Both the position numbers and the translations under genes were made by a program. Positions 1 to 7,415 of a stretch of DNA of 32,000 bases are shown here, in pieces. Numbering within the stretch: position 1 is the first letter of the stretch; the number at the start of each line of letters is the position of its first letter. The stretch comes from Trichlorobacter lovleyi SZ. Lineage in GTDB: Bacteria > Desulfobacterota > Desulfuromonadia > Geobacterales > Pseudopelobacteraceae. The stretch is taken from contig NC_010814.1 in the NCBI RefSeq assembly GCF_000020385.1, positions 3,810,001 through 3,842,000 on the forward strand, in the 5' to 3' direction. Below the pieces are notes generated by a model that saw only the letters and a program-made list of their open reading frames with translations, did no database searches and was not told the DNA's origin.

Positions 1-1
1 A

Positions 2-1276
2 GCCAAGGTAATTCTGCTGGAAAAACAGCCGATCACCGGCGGCAACAGCATGCTGGCCGCAGGTGGTATGAACGCTGCCGAGACCAAATTTCAGAATACT
101 AAAGGGATCAAGGACTCGGTTGAACTGATGTATCAGGACACCATGAAGGGCGGCAAGAATATGGGCGATCCGGCTCTGGTCAGAATCCTTGCCCAGAACT
201 CGTCCGGCTCGGTTGACTGGTTGACCTCCATCGGCGCCGATATCAGTGATGTCGGCCGGATGGGTGGTGCCAGCGTCAACCGGACCCACCGCCCCACCGG
301 CGGCCACGCCGTGGGTGCCCATATCGCCAATGTGCTGCGTAAAAACGCTGCTGATCGCAAGATTGATATCCGCGTCAACAGCAAAGTGGTCAAGATCATT
401 GAAGACAAGCAGGGCCGGGTAACCGGCGTTGTCGTGGAAGGCAAACACAGCGGCAGCTACACCATCAAGGCCAAGGCAGTGGTGCTGACCGCCGGTGGAT
501 TCTCCGCCAACCCTGAAAAAGTGGCCTTCTACCGCCCTGAATTCAAGGGGATGACCACCTCCAACCAGCCCGGCGCCACCGGTGACGGCCTGGAACTGGG
601 TGAAAAGGCAGGCGCTGAGTTGAAGGATATGAAGGAGATCCAGATCCACCCCACCGTGGCTGCCGGCAGCCGGATCCTGATTACCGAGGCGGTGCGCGGT
701 AACGGCGCCATCCTGGTCAACCATGAGGGCAAGCGTTTTGTGAACGAACTGACCACCCGCGACAAGGCCTCCGCAGCTATCCTGCAACAGACCGGCAAGT
801 CGGCCTATCTGGTCTTTGATGAAGGTGTACGCAAGAGCCTGAAGCAGATTGACGGCTACTTCCACCTGGAACTGGTCAAGGAGGGGGCAACCATCAAGGA
901 TCTGGCAGCAGCCCTGAAGATGCCGGCCGCGACCCTTGAGGCCACCATCGATACCTACAACAAGGCGGTGGATGCGAAAAATGACAGCGAGTTCAAACGG
1001 CCAGACATGCCGCGTGCCCTGCGGACCGCCAAGTACTACGCCATTGAGATCAAACCGGGCGTGCATTACACCATGGGCGGCCTGAAGATCAACACCGACA
1101 CCCAGGTAATCGCCAAGGACGGCAAGCCGATTGCCGGCTTCTATGCTGCCGGTGAAGTGACCGGCGGGGTGCATGGCGCCAACCGTCTGGGGGGCAACTC
1201 CATCTCCGAGACCATCACCTTTGGCCGGATTGCCGGAGCCAACGCCGCCAAGCTGGTACAACCTGCAACAAAGTAG
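2..1276 (+). CDS. FAD-dependent fumarate/urocanate-reductase-type flavoprotein (flavocytochrome c family); N-terminus lies upstream of the window
   Basis: Frame 2 is open from the window edge ([26 protein letters not shown]...) to TAG 1274-1276. The C-terminal block [15 protein letters not shown]...[33 protein letters not shown] is the characteristic end of soluble fumarate reductase / flavocytochrome c3 / UrdA-type flavoproteins. Any heme domain would lie outside the window. Confidence 0.85.
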   Translation, partial: AKVILLEKQPITGGNSMLAAGGMNAAETKFQNTKGIKDSVELMYQDTMKGGKNMGDPALVRILAQNSSGSVDWLTSIGADISDVGRMGGASVNRTHRPTGGHAVGAHIANVLRKNAADRKIDIRVNSKVVKIIEDKQGRVTGVVVEGKHSGSYTIKAKAVVLTAGGFSANPEKVAFYRPEFKGMTTSNQPGATGDGLELGEKAGAELKDMKEIQIHPTVAAGSRILITEAVRGNGAILVNHEGKRFVNELTTRDKASAAILQQTGKSAYLVFDEGVRKSLKQIDGYFHLELVKEGATIKDLAAALKMPAATLEATIDTYNKAVDAKNDSEFKRPDMPRALRTAKYYAIEIKPGVHYTMGGLKINTDTQVIAKDGKPIAGFYAAGEVTGGVHGANRLGGNSISETITFGRIAGANAAKLVQPATK

Positions 1277-1341
1277 TCCAGACAGACCGGTGCGGGGCGG
1301 GCCATCCGTCCCGCGCCCGGTCATCCTCAGGAGCGGTGACG

Positions 1342-2559
1342 ATGGATCGGACAGCCTGCCATGCCCTGCTTGCCAACCGCAATGTGCGCCTCTATCTGGG
1401 GGGGCAGCTGGTATCGCTGTCCGGCACCTGGATGCAGTCGGTGGCCCAGGGCTGGCTGGTCTACCAGCTGACCGGCTCCGCCTTCTGGCTGGCCCTGACC
1501 GCCGTGGCCCTGACCGCGCCGGTTTGCCTGCTCTCCCTGCTGGGTGGAGCGCTTGCCGATCGCCATGACCGCCGCAGACTGTTGATCGCCACCCAGTTGT
1601 TATCACTGATACCGGCGCTATTATTGGGATTTTTGACCCGAAGCGGCCACGTCACACCGGCCCTGATCGTGGCCCTGGCTCTGCTGCTGGGGATGATCAA
1701 CGCCTTCGATCTGCCGGCCCGTCAGGTTTTCTGGGGACGGCTTGTCCCGGCGGAGCTGCTGCTGGGTGCACTTTCGCTGAATGCGGTTGTCTTTAACGCG
1801 ACCCGGGTGGTGGGACCGGTGCTGGCAGGCGGTATCATTGCCGCCTGGGGCACTGCCAGCTGTTTCTACCTGAACGCCGCCAGCTTTCTGATCGGCAGTG
1901 CCAGTCTGCTGGCCATGGGGCCGCAGGCCGGCAGCCTGTCGTACCGTTCCGCCAAGCCCACCACCAGCCTGCTGGCGGAGCTGCAGGAGGGCTTACGCTT
2001 TGTGGCGGCAGAGAAGGAGAGCGGTCTGCTTCTCCTGCTGATCGCCGTGATCAGCCTGTTCGGTATCCCTTTTGTGCCACTCCTGCCGTTGTTTGCAGAC
2101 GGCATCCTGCATGTCGGCCCCCAGGGGCTGGGGATGCTGGCCGCCTCGTCAGGTATCGGCGCACTGGCGGCAGCCCTGTTGCTGACCCTGCAACGCGAGC
2201 CACGCTGCAAAGGGCGGCTGGTGGTGGCATCCGGCCTGCTGTTCGGGATCTGCCTGCTGCTGTTTGCCCGTTCCAATCAGTACTATGCCTCGTTGCTGGC
2301 CCTGCTGTTCAGCGGGGTCGGTATTGTCAGCCTGCTGGCACTGGCCAACTGTCTGCTCCAGCACCGCTGTCCGATACCCCTGCGCGGCCGGGTTATGGGG
2401 TTCTACACCTTGACGCTGGCAGGCATGGCCCCCTTCGGCCACGCCCTGATGGGACTTCTGGCCGGAACCGTCGGGGCCGCCGCGGCACTTTCCCTGGGAT
2501 CCGTTGTCTGCCTTACCGCCGTACTGCTTACAGCCCGCCCGATCAGCCGCCTGGCCTGA
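1342..2559 (+). CDS. MFS transporter (EntS/MFS_3-like exporter)
   Basis: Strongly hydrophobic multi-TM protein. The N-terminus LLANRNVRLYLGGQLVSLSGTWMQSVAQGWLVYQLTGS is typical of MFS_3-type exporters. AGGAG lies 9 nt upstream of ATG 1342; the ORF-track GTG at 1336 sits only 3 nt after the SD, so I prefer 1342. Confidence 0.8.
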   Translation: MDRTACHALLANRNVRLYLGGQLVSLSGTWMQSVAQGWLVYQLTGSAFWLALTAVALTAPVCLLSLLGGALADRHDRRRLLIATQLLSLIPALLLGFLTRSGHVTPALIVALALLLGMINAFDLPARQVFWGRLVPAELLLGALSLNAVVFNATRVVGPVLAGGIIAAWGTASCFYLNAASFLIGSASLLAMGPQAGSLSYRSAKPTTSLLAELQEGLRFVAAEKESGLLLLLIAVISLFGIPFVPLLPLFADGILHVGPQGLGMLAASSGIGALAAALLLTLQREPRCKGRLVVASGLLFGICLLLFARSNQYYASLLALLFSGVGIVSLLALANCLLQHRCPIPLRGRVMGFYTLTLAGMAPFGHALMGLLAGTVGAAAALSLGSVVCLTAVLLTARPISRLA

Positions 2560-2662
2560 ACAGCGTTCCCTCCCCTTGCCCGGTAGTGCTGGCAAAGAAC
2601 GTTCCGGTCTGCTACATTAACCGAACCAGCAGCTAAAAACCTGCCAGAGATCAGGAGCACCC

Positions 2663-3874
2663 ATGGGACTCTTTCTTGATCTGTTCGAACGCCTCGGCCT
2701 GTTTGCCATCCTGTTCATATTCCTGATCCGTTTCAAGGCCTTTAAACGTCTGCTGACCGGCATCGCCAGCAGGAGGGACAAGCTGGTGCTGGCGTTCATG
2801 TTCGGCGGGGCCGGCATCATGGCCACCTACAGCGGCTTTGCCTTTCACGGCGCCATAGCCAACCTGCGCGGGGTGGCGGTGGCCCTGGCCGGTATCCTGG
2901 GCGGACCGCTGGTCGGTCTGGCGGCCGGACTGGTGGCGGGCATCCACCGCTATGCCATTGATCCTGCCGGACTGACCTCCCTTTCCTGCGGCATCGCCAC
3001 GGTCCTGCAGGGGGTGGTGGCGGCCTGGCTCTATCCCCGCCTGCGCCGGGTCGAATACGACATCTTTGCCGCCTTTGCAGTGGGTGCTGTCAATGAGATC
3101 CTGAAGATGACGCTGATCCTGCTGCTGGCCAAACCGTTCTCCTCGGCCCTGCACCTTGTGACGGTGCTGGCCTTTCCCTCGATCCTGGTCAACGGACTTG
3201 GCAACGCCGTCTTTGTCCAGCTGATCTCCACCGTCTTCCGTGAGCAACAGCTGGCCAAGGCGGAGATCCGGGCATTGCAGGCCCAGATCAACCCCCATTT
3301 CCTCTTCAATGCCATCTCCACCATCATCAGCTATACCCGCACCGACCCGGCCATCGCCACCAATCTGCTGGTAAAACTTGCAGAGTTCTTCCGCAACAGC
3401 ACCGCCACCACCGAGCGCGAGGTGCCGCTCTCGGTTGAGCTGCAACACTGCGAGGCCTATCTGGCGATTGAGCAGGCCCGTTTTGAGGAGCGGGTCCGGA
3501 TACACTACCAGATCGATGAGGACGCCCTGGACTGCCCGGTGCCACCCTTGATCCTGCAACCGCTGGTGGAAAACGGCATCCGCCACGGTATCCTGCCGCG
3601 GGATGCAGGCGGGGATATCACGATCCAGGCCCGCAAAGAGCAGCAGAACCTGCATATCAGGGTTGCGGACAACGGGGTCGGCATGGACCAGGCCAAGCTG
3701 TCCGGCCTGTTGACAACCCGGCAGCATCCCACCGGCAAAGAGGGGCTGGGGATTGCCCTGAAAAACGTCAATGCCCGCCTGGTGGCACTCTATGGCCGCA
3801 AACGGGCCCTCAGGATCGAGAGCAGCCCCGGCGCCGGCACAACCATCTCCTTTTCCATCCCGGTGACCGCATGA
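2663..3874 (+). CDS. LytS/YehU-type sensor histidine kinase (5TM-LYT membrane domain, no GAF domain)
   Basis: About 190 aa of hydrophobic N-terminal region runs directly into QINPHFLFNAISTI (LytS-family His_kinase box). HATPase_c motifs follow (LQPLVENGIRHG, ADNGVGM, GLGIALKNV). AGGAG lies 5 nt upstream of the ATG. Confidence 0.9.
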   Translation: MGLFLDLFERLGLFAILFIFLIRFKAFKRLLTGIASRRDKLVLAFMFGGAGIMATYSGFAFHGAIANLRGVAVALAGILGGPLVGLAAGLVAGIHRYAIDPAGLTSLSCGIATVLQGVVAAWLYPRLRRVEYDIFAAFAVGAVNEILKMTLILLLAKPFSSALHLVTVLAFPSILVNGLGNAVFVQLISTVFREQQLAKAEIRALQAQINPHFLFNAISTIISYTRTDPAIATNLLVKLAEFFRNSTATTEREVPLSVELQHCEAYLAIEQARFEERVRIHYQIDEDALDCPVPPLILQPLVENGIRHGILPRDAGGDITIQARKEQQNLHIRVADNGVGMDQAKLSGLLTTRQHPTGKEGLGIALKNVNARLVALYGRKRALRIESSPGAGTTISFSIPVTA

Positions 3875-4626
3875 ACATCACGGTCTTTCTGATCGACGAC
3901 GAGGCCCCTGCCCGGCGGGAACTGCGCTACCTGCTGGAGCAGCTGCCGGAACTTGAGATTGTCGGCGAGGCCGCCACCGCAACGGAAGGGCTGCGTCTGC
4001 TGCGCCAGCTGAAGCCCCGGTTGCTGTTTCTGGATATCCAGATGCCGGGACTGACCGGGATTGAACTGTCCCAGATCCTCCAGGAACTGCCGGAACGCCC
4101 GCTGGTGGTCTTTTCCACCGCCTACAGCCAGTTTGCGGTGGATGCCTTCAATCTTGAGGCGTTTGATTATCTGCTCAAGCCGGTCACCCTGGAGCGGCTT
4201 GGCAAGACCATCGACAAGGTACGCAAGCAGCTGGCTGCAACGCCGCCCGGCCCTGAAAGACCCCTGCCTGAACCGCCCCATGACGACCGCAAGTGGGTAG
4301 CGGCCCGCCAGGGCAGCAAGATCCTGCCGATAGCACCGGAGAGTATTGTTTTTGTCCGCTGTACCGAAGCGGTCACCCATATCCATACCGCCACGCGGAT
4401 CTACCAGACCAGCCACACCATTACCGCCCTGCAGGAACAGCTTGAGCCGTACGCCTTCTTCCGTGCCCATCGCAATTCACTGGTCAACCTCAACTGTATA
4501 CTGGAGATCATCCCCTGGTTCAGCGGCAGCTGCAAACTGGTGATGAACGACCCGGCCCGGACCGAGATCCTGGTCAGTCGCTACCATGCCAGGGATCTCA
4601 AGAAACACCTGATCTCCCAGGTCTGA
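3871..4626 (+). CDS. LytTR-family response regulator (REC + LytTR DNA-binding domain)
   Basis: ATGA start/stop overlap with the kinase gene. The receiver is canonical (FLIDDE, LLFLDIQMPGLTG, FSTAY, DYLLKP). The C-terminal LytTR domain reads FFRAHRNSLVNLNCILEI. Confidence 0.9.
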   Translation: MNITVFLIDDEAPARRELRYLLEQLPELEIVGEAATATEGLRLLRQLKPRLLFLDIQMPGLTGIELSQILQELPERPLVVFSTAYSQFAVDAFNLEAFDYLLKPVTLERLGKTIDKVRKQLAATPPGPERPLPEPPHDDRKWVAARQGSKILPIAPESIVFVRCTEAVTHIHTATRIYQTSHTITALQEQLEPYAFFRAHRNSLVNLNCILEIIPWFSGSCKLVMNDPARTEILVSRYHARDLKKHLISQV

Positions 4627-4692
4627 CCTGACGAACGCTCCCCTGCAGCACCTTCAGCTTCCGCTGCACGTCTCCTGAACAGGCACCGGAAA

Positions 4693-4726
4693 CCATTCAT
4701 CCCCTGTTTTATGCCATTCAGCCCCT
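4693..4726 (+). promoter_or_regulatory. Direct repeat CCATTCAKCCCCT x2 with 21-bp period; candidate LytTR operator
   Basis: ccattcatcccct (4693-4705) and ccattcagcccct (4714-4726) match at 12 of 13 positions and start 21 bp apart. They lie in the 275-bp gap between the LytTR regulator gene and the downstream dehydrogenase gene. LytTR regulators typically bind imperfect direct repeats spaced about two helical turns apart. Not tested. Confidence 0.3.
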
Positions 4727-4901
4727 CAATCTGCTGCTCAGCAGGTTGTGATTCAGCTTGCGCTGCAGCTGCGCTACGCTGAAATCATCCGGGACCACCC
4801 TTAGTGTAAATCTCAACATCCCGATATTCTTTGTTTCTGTCACCAACTCCAGTTGCCGGCCCACGGGCCTGAAGCTGGAAAACACCAAAGGAGGCAAGGC
4901 C

Positions 4902-6125
4902 ATGTCACAGATCCATGACGAGCAGGAAAGCATCTCAGCAGGTGGTTTCAGCAGGCGTGACTTCATCAAGACCGCAGCAGTGGTTGGTGCCGGCGTGCTG
5001 GCAGTACAGGCCGTGGGCAGCCCCAGGGAGGCCAATGCCGCTGAAGAGGCAAAGAAGGCCGCCACCGGAGCAACGGCAGCCGCAACAGGCAAGAGCGCCC
5101 TCAAGCTGGATCAGGTCTTAAAGGTTGCCCGTGAGAAGATGTATCCGCGCTGCCGGGTCTGTCCGGAATGCGACGGTGTGGCCTGTTCCGGCGAGGTCCC
5201 CGGCATGGGCGGCATCGATTCAGGCAAGGCCTTCCGCAACAATCTGGCCGCACTGGCCAAGTATGAGCTGAATATGCGGACCTTCCACGAGATCAAGAAG
5301 CCGGATACCTCGCTGACCCTGTTCGGGGTCAAACTGTCCATGCCGATCCTCTCCGGCATTACCGGTGGTGTGACCTATAACATGGGGCTGCAGGGCAAGG
5401 TTTCGGAAGAGGAGTACATCGAGGGGATCATTGCCGGTTGTATCCAGGCCGGTACGATCGGTTTTGCCGCTGACGGCATCGGTGATCCGCTCTCGGTCTA
5501 TCAGACCCGCCTGCAAACCGTGGCAAAATACCGCGGCAAGGCAGCAGGTCAGATCAAGCCCCGCACCCAGGCCGAGATCATCGAGCGGATCCGCCTGCTG
5601 GAAGCTGCCGGGGCACCGTTCTTTGCCATTGATATCGACTCGGCAGGACGGGCCTCACGGGCCCTGCCCGGCAAGACCGTGGAACCCAAAAACCTGAAAC
5701 AACTGCGTGAACTGGCGAACGCAACCAAAATGCCGTTCATCATCAAAGGGATCATGACCGTGGATGAAGCCAAACAGGCGGTTGACGTCGGCGCAGCCGG
5801 GATCGTGGTTTCCAACCACGGTGGACGGGTGATGGACCATACCCCCGGTACCGCCCAGGTGCTGGCGGCCATTGCCGACAAGGTCAAGGGGGATATCGTT
5901 ATCCTTGCTGACGGCGGTGTCCGTTACGGTGCCGATGTGCTCAAGATGCTGGCCCTGGGGGCTGATGCGGTGCTGGTGGGGCGTCCGCTGGTGCGTGGAT
6001 CGGTTGGCGGCGGACCGGAAGGTGTAGCCCTGATGTTGAAGAAGATGCAGGGTGAGCTGGTGGTTGCGATGACCCTGACCGGTACCGCTGATGTCAAAAA
6101 GGTCAGCAGGAGTATCCTGGTCTAA
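4902..6125 (+). CDS. FMN-dependent alpha-hydroxy-acid dehydrogenase/oxidase family protein with twin-arginine (Tat) signal peptide
   Basis: ATG 4902 is preceded by AAAGGAGG. The N-terminus MSQIHDEQESISAGGFSRRDFIKTAAVVGAGVLAVQAVGSPREANA carries the Tat consensus SRRDFIK, a hydrophobic region and an AxA site. FMN_dh hallmarks are present: VVSNHGGRVMD (catalytic His/Arg) and DGGVRYGADVLKMLALGADAVLVGRP. A Cys cluster CRVCPECDGVAC follows the signal peptide. Confidence 0.85.
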   Translation: MSQIHDEQESISAGGFSRRDFIKTAAVVGAGVLAVQAVGSPREANAAEEAKKAATGATAAATGKSALKLDQVLKVAREKMYPRCRVCPECDGVACSGEVPGMGGIDSGKAFRNNLAALAKYELNMRTFHEIKKPDTSLTLFGVKLSMPILSGITGGVTYNMGLQGKVSEEEYIEGIIAGCIQAGTIGFAADGIGDPLSVYQTRLQTVAKYRGKAAGQIKPRTQAEIIERIRLLEAAGAPFFAIDIDSAGRASRALPGKTVEPKNLKQLRELANATKMPFIIKGIMTVDEAKQAVDVGAAGIVVSNHGGRVMDHTPGTAQVLAAIADKVKGDIVILADGGVRYGADVLKMLALGADAVLVGRPLVRGSVGGGPEGVALMLKKMQGELVVAMTLTGTADVKKVSRSILV

Positions 6126-6152
6126 TTACGATAGCGGTGCAAGGAGCGACCC

Positions 6153-7133
6153 ATGTACAGAACACTCATGCTGATGATCTGCCTGCTGCTGACCCTGTCC
6201 GGTCTGTCATTTGCCACCCATGACAAGGCCCTGCTGTATGGGGGGGCTGGCCAGGGGCGGGTCATTTTTGACGGCAGACTGCACGCCTCCAAGGGGATGG
6301 TCTGCAACGATTGCCACAGTGCCATCTTTGCCACCCACAAGAAGGCCCTGATCACCATGCAGAACCATTTTGAGGATAAGGCCTGCTTTGTCTGCCACAA
6401 CGGCAAACGGGCCTTCAGCGATTGTGATTCCTGTCATCGCAAATTCGAGGCAGCCAGGACAGTGGTCAAGCTGTATGGTGCCGCCAGTGTGGTGGACAGC
6501 CTGATCAATCCCCACAAGGCAGCGGTTGAAAAGGCCACCGGCTACAGCCTTGAGATCGTCAAGAGCAATGCCGGCAAAGGTCTGATTGATCTGGCTGACG
6601 GCAAGTGCGATGCCTCACTGGCCTCTGCCTCGGTGGAGACGGTTGCCAAGGGGGCCAAGGCGGCCGGACGGGAGCTGGATACCACCAGGCTGCAGCTGCA
6701 TGCCATTCAGATGGATCAGGTGGTCTTTGCGGTCAATCCGTCCAACACGGTCCAAAGCCTGACCTTCCCGCAGCTGAAGGATATCCACACCGGCAAGATC
6801 ACCAACTGGAAGCAGCTGGGCGGCGCTGATCTGCAGATCAAGGTGGTCACCGACACCCTTTCCAGCGCCACCCGCGGCCTGATCAAGCAGGCGGTCCTGA
6901 AGAATGAGGAATATCTCAAGGAAACCCTGGCAGTCAATGTGGCCACCATCAGTGACGAGGTGGCTAAAGACCCTGCCGCCATTGGTGGCTTGGGGGCCGG
7001 CTTTGTCAAGGCGGGGGTAGTGGTGGTCAAGACGGACAAGATCGAACGTCCGCTGGGGCTGATCACGGTCGGCCCGCCCTCTGAAAAGGTGCGTAAGGTG
7101 ATTGAGGCCTACAAGGCTGCCATAGCCAGGTAA
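6153..7133 (+). CDS. Secreted triheme c7/c3-type cytochrome fused to a PstS-like (PBP_like_2) periplasmic binding domain
   Basis: AAGGAG lies 6 nt upstream of the ATG, and the Sec-type signal is MYRTLMLMICLLLTLSGLSFA. Three CXXCH motifs (CNDCH, CFVCH, CDSCH) fall within about 65 aa, arranged like the PpcA/c7 family. The C-terminal ~230 aa carry PstS-family signatures (SNAGKGLIDLADGKCDASLAS; LTFPQLKDIHTGKITNWKQLGGADLQIKVV). Confidence 0.8.
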   Translation: MYRTLMLMICLLLTLSGLSFATHDKALLYGGAGQGRVIFDGRLHASKGMVCNDCHSAIFATHKKALITMQNHFEDKACFVCHNGKRAFSDCDSCHRKFEAARTVVKLYGAASVVDSLINPHKAAVEKATGYSLEIVKSNAGKGLIDLADGKCDASLASASVETVAKGAKAAGRELDTTRLQLHAIQMDQVVFAVNPSNTVQSLTFPQLKDIHTGKITNWKQLGGADLQIKVVTDTLSSATRGLIKQAVLKNEEYLKETLAVNVATISDEVAKDPAAIGGLGAGFVKAGVVVVKTDKIERPLGLITVGPPSEKVRKVIEAYKAAIAR

Positions 7134-7151
7134 ACGGAAGGAGAGCTGCCC

Positions 7152-7346
7152 ATGTTTGGATTTGGTATGCCGGAACTGATCCTGATCCTGGTGATCTGCC
7201 TGGTGGTATTCGGACCGGGCAAGCTGCCTCAGCTGGGCTCGTCGCTGGGGGGCGCCCTCAAGGGTTTTCGCCGGGCAACGGAAGAACCGCTGAGCGTTGA
7301 TACCGTAGCCCGGGGTGCTGAGGCCGGTTCCCGGGAGGAGGCCTGA
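7152..7346 (+). CDS. tatA: Twin-arginine translocase subunit TatA/E
   Basis: The 64-aa sequence MFGFGMPELILILVICLVVFGPGKLPQLGSSLGGALKGFRRA is the canonical TatA TM helix, FGP hinge and amphipathic helix. GGAGAG lies upstream of the ATG. Confidence 0.9.
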   Translation: MFGFGMPELILILVICLVVFGPGKLPQLGSSLGGALKGFRRATEEPLSVDTVARGAEAGSREEA

Positions 7347-7357
7347 GTGTCGGACAG

Positions 7358-7390
7358 AAAAAGGGCCACCGTTACCCGGTGGCCCTTTTT
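7358..7390. terminator. Bidirectional rho-independent terminator between tatA and the convergent skp-like gene
   Basis: Stem GGGCCACCG (7363-7371) pairs with CGGTGGCCC (7377-7385) around a 5-nt loop. It is flanked by AAAAA (7358-7362) and TTTTT (7386-7390). Confidence 0.75.
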
Positions 7391-7415
7391 ACGCAGGCTC
7401 AAAGCTGCCTCCAGC

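Noticed and set aside
2651-3727. 358-aa minus-strand ORF; similar long antisense ORFs at 3790-4470, 10096-11115, 18987-19607, 21367-22350 and 26241-27104
   Set aside because: Each is antisense to a gene with clear family signatures (LytS kinase, LytTR regulator, molybdoenzyme, TonB receptor, BtuC/BtuD, MATE). Each has an Arg/Gly/Pro/Gln-rich composition and no SD. All are treated as GC-driven artefacts.
4758-4901. 48-codon N-terminal extension of the FMN dehydrogenase ORF (MRCSCATLKSS...)
   Set aside because: It has no SD and covers the promoter-like AT-rich stretch. ATG 4902 has AAAGGAGG upstream and begins a complete Tat signal peptide, which must be N-terminal to function.
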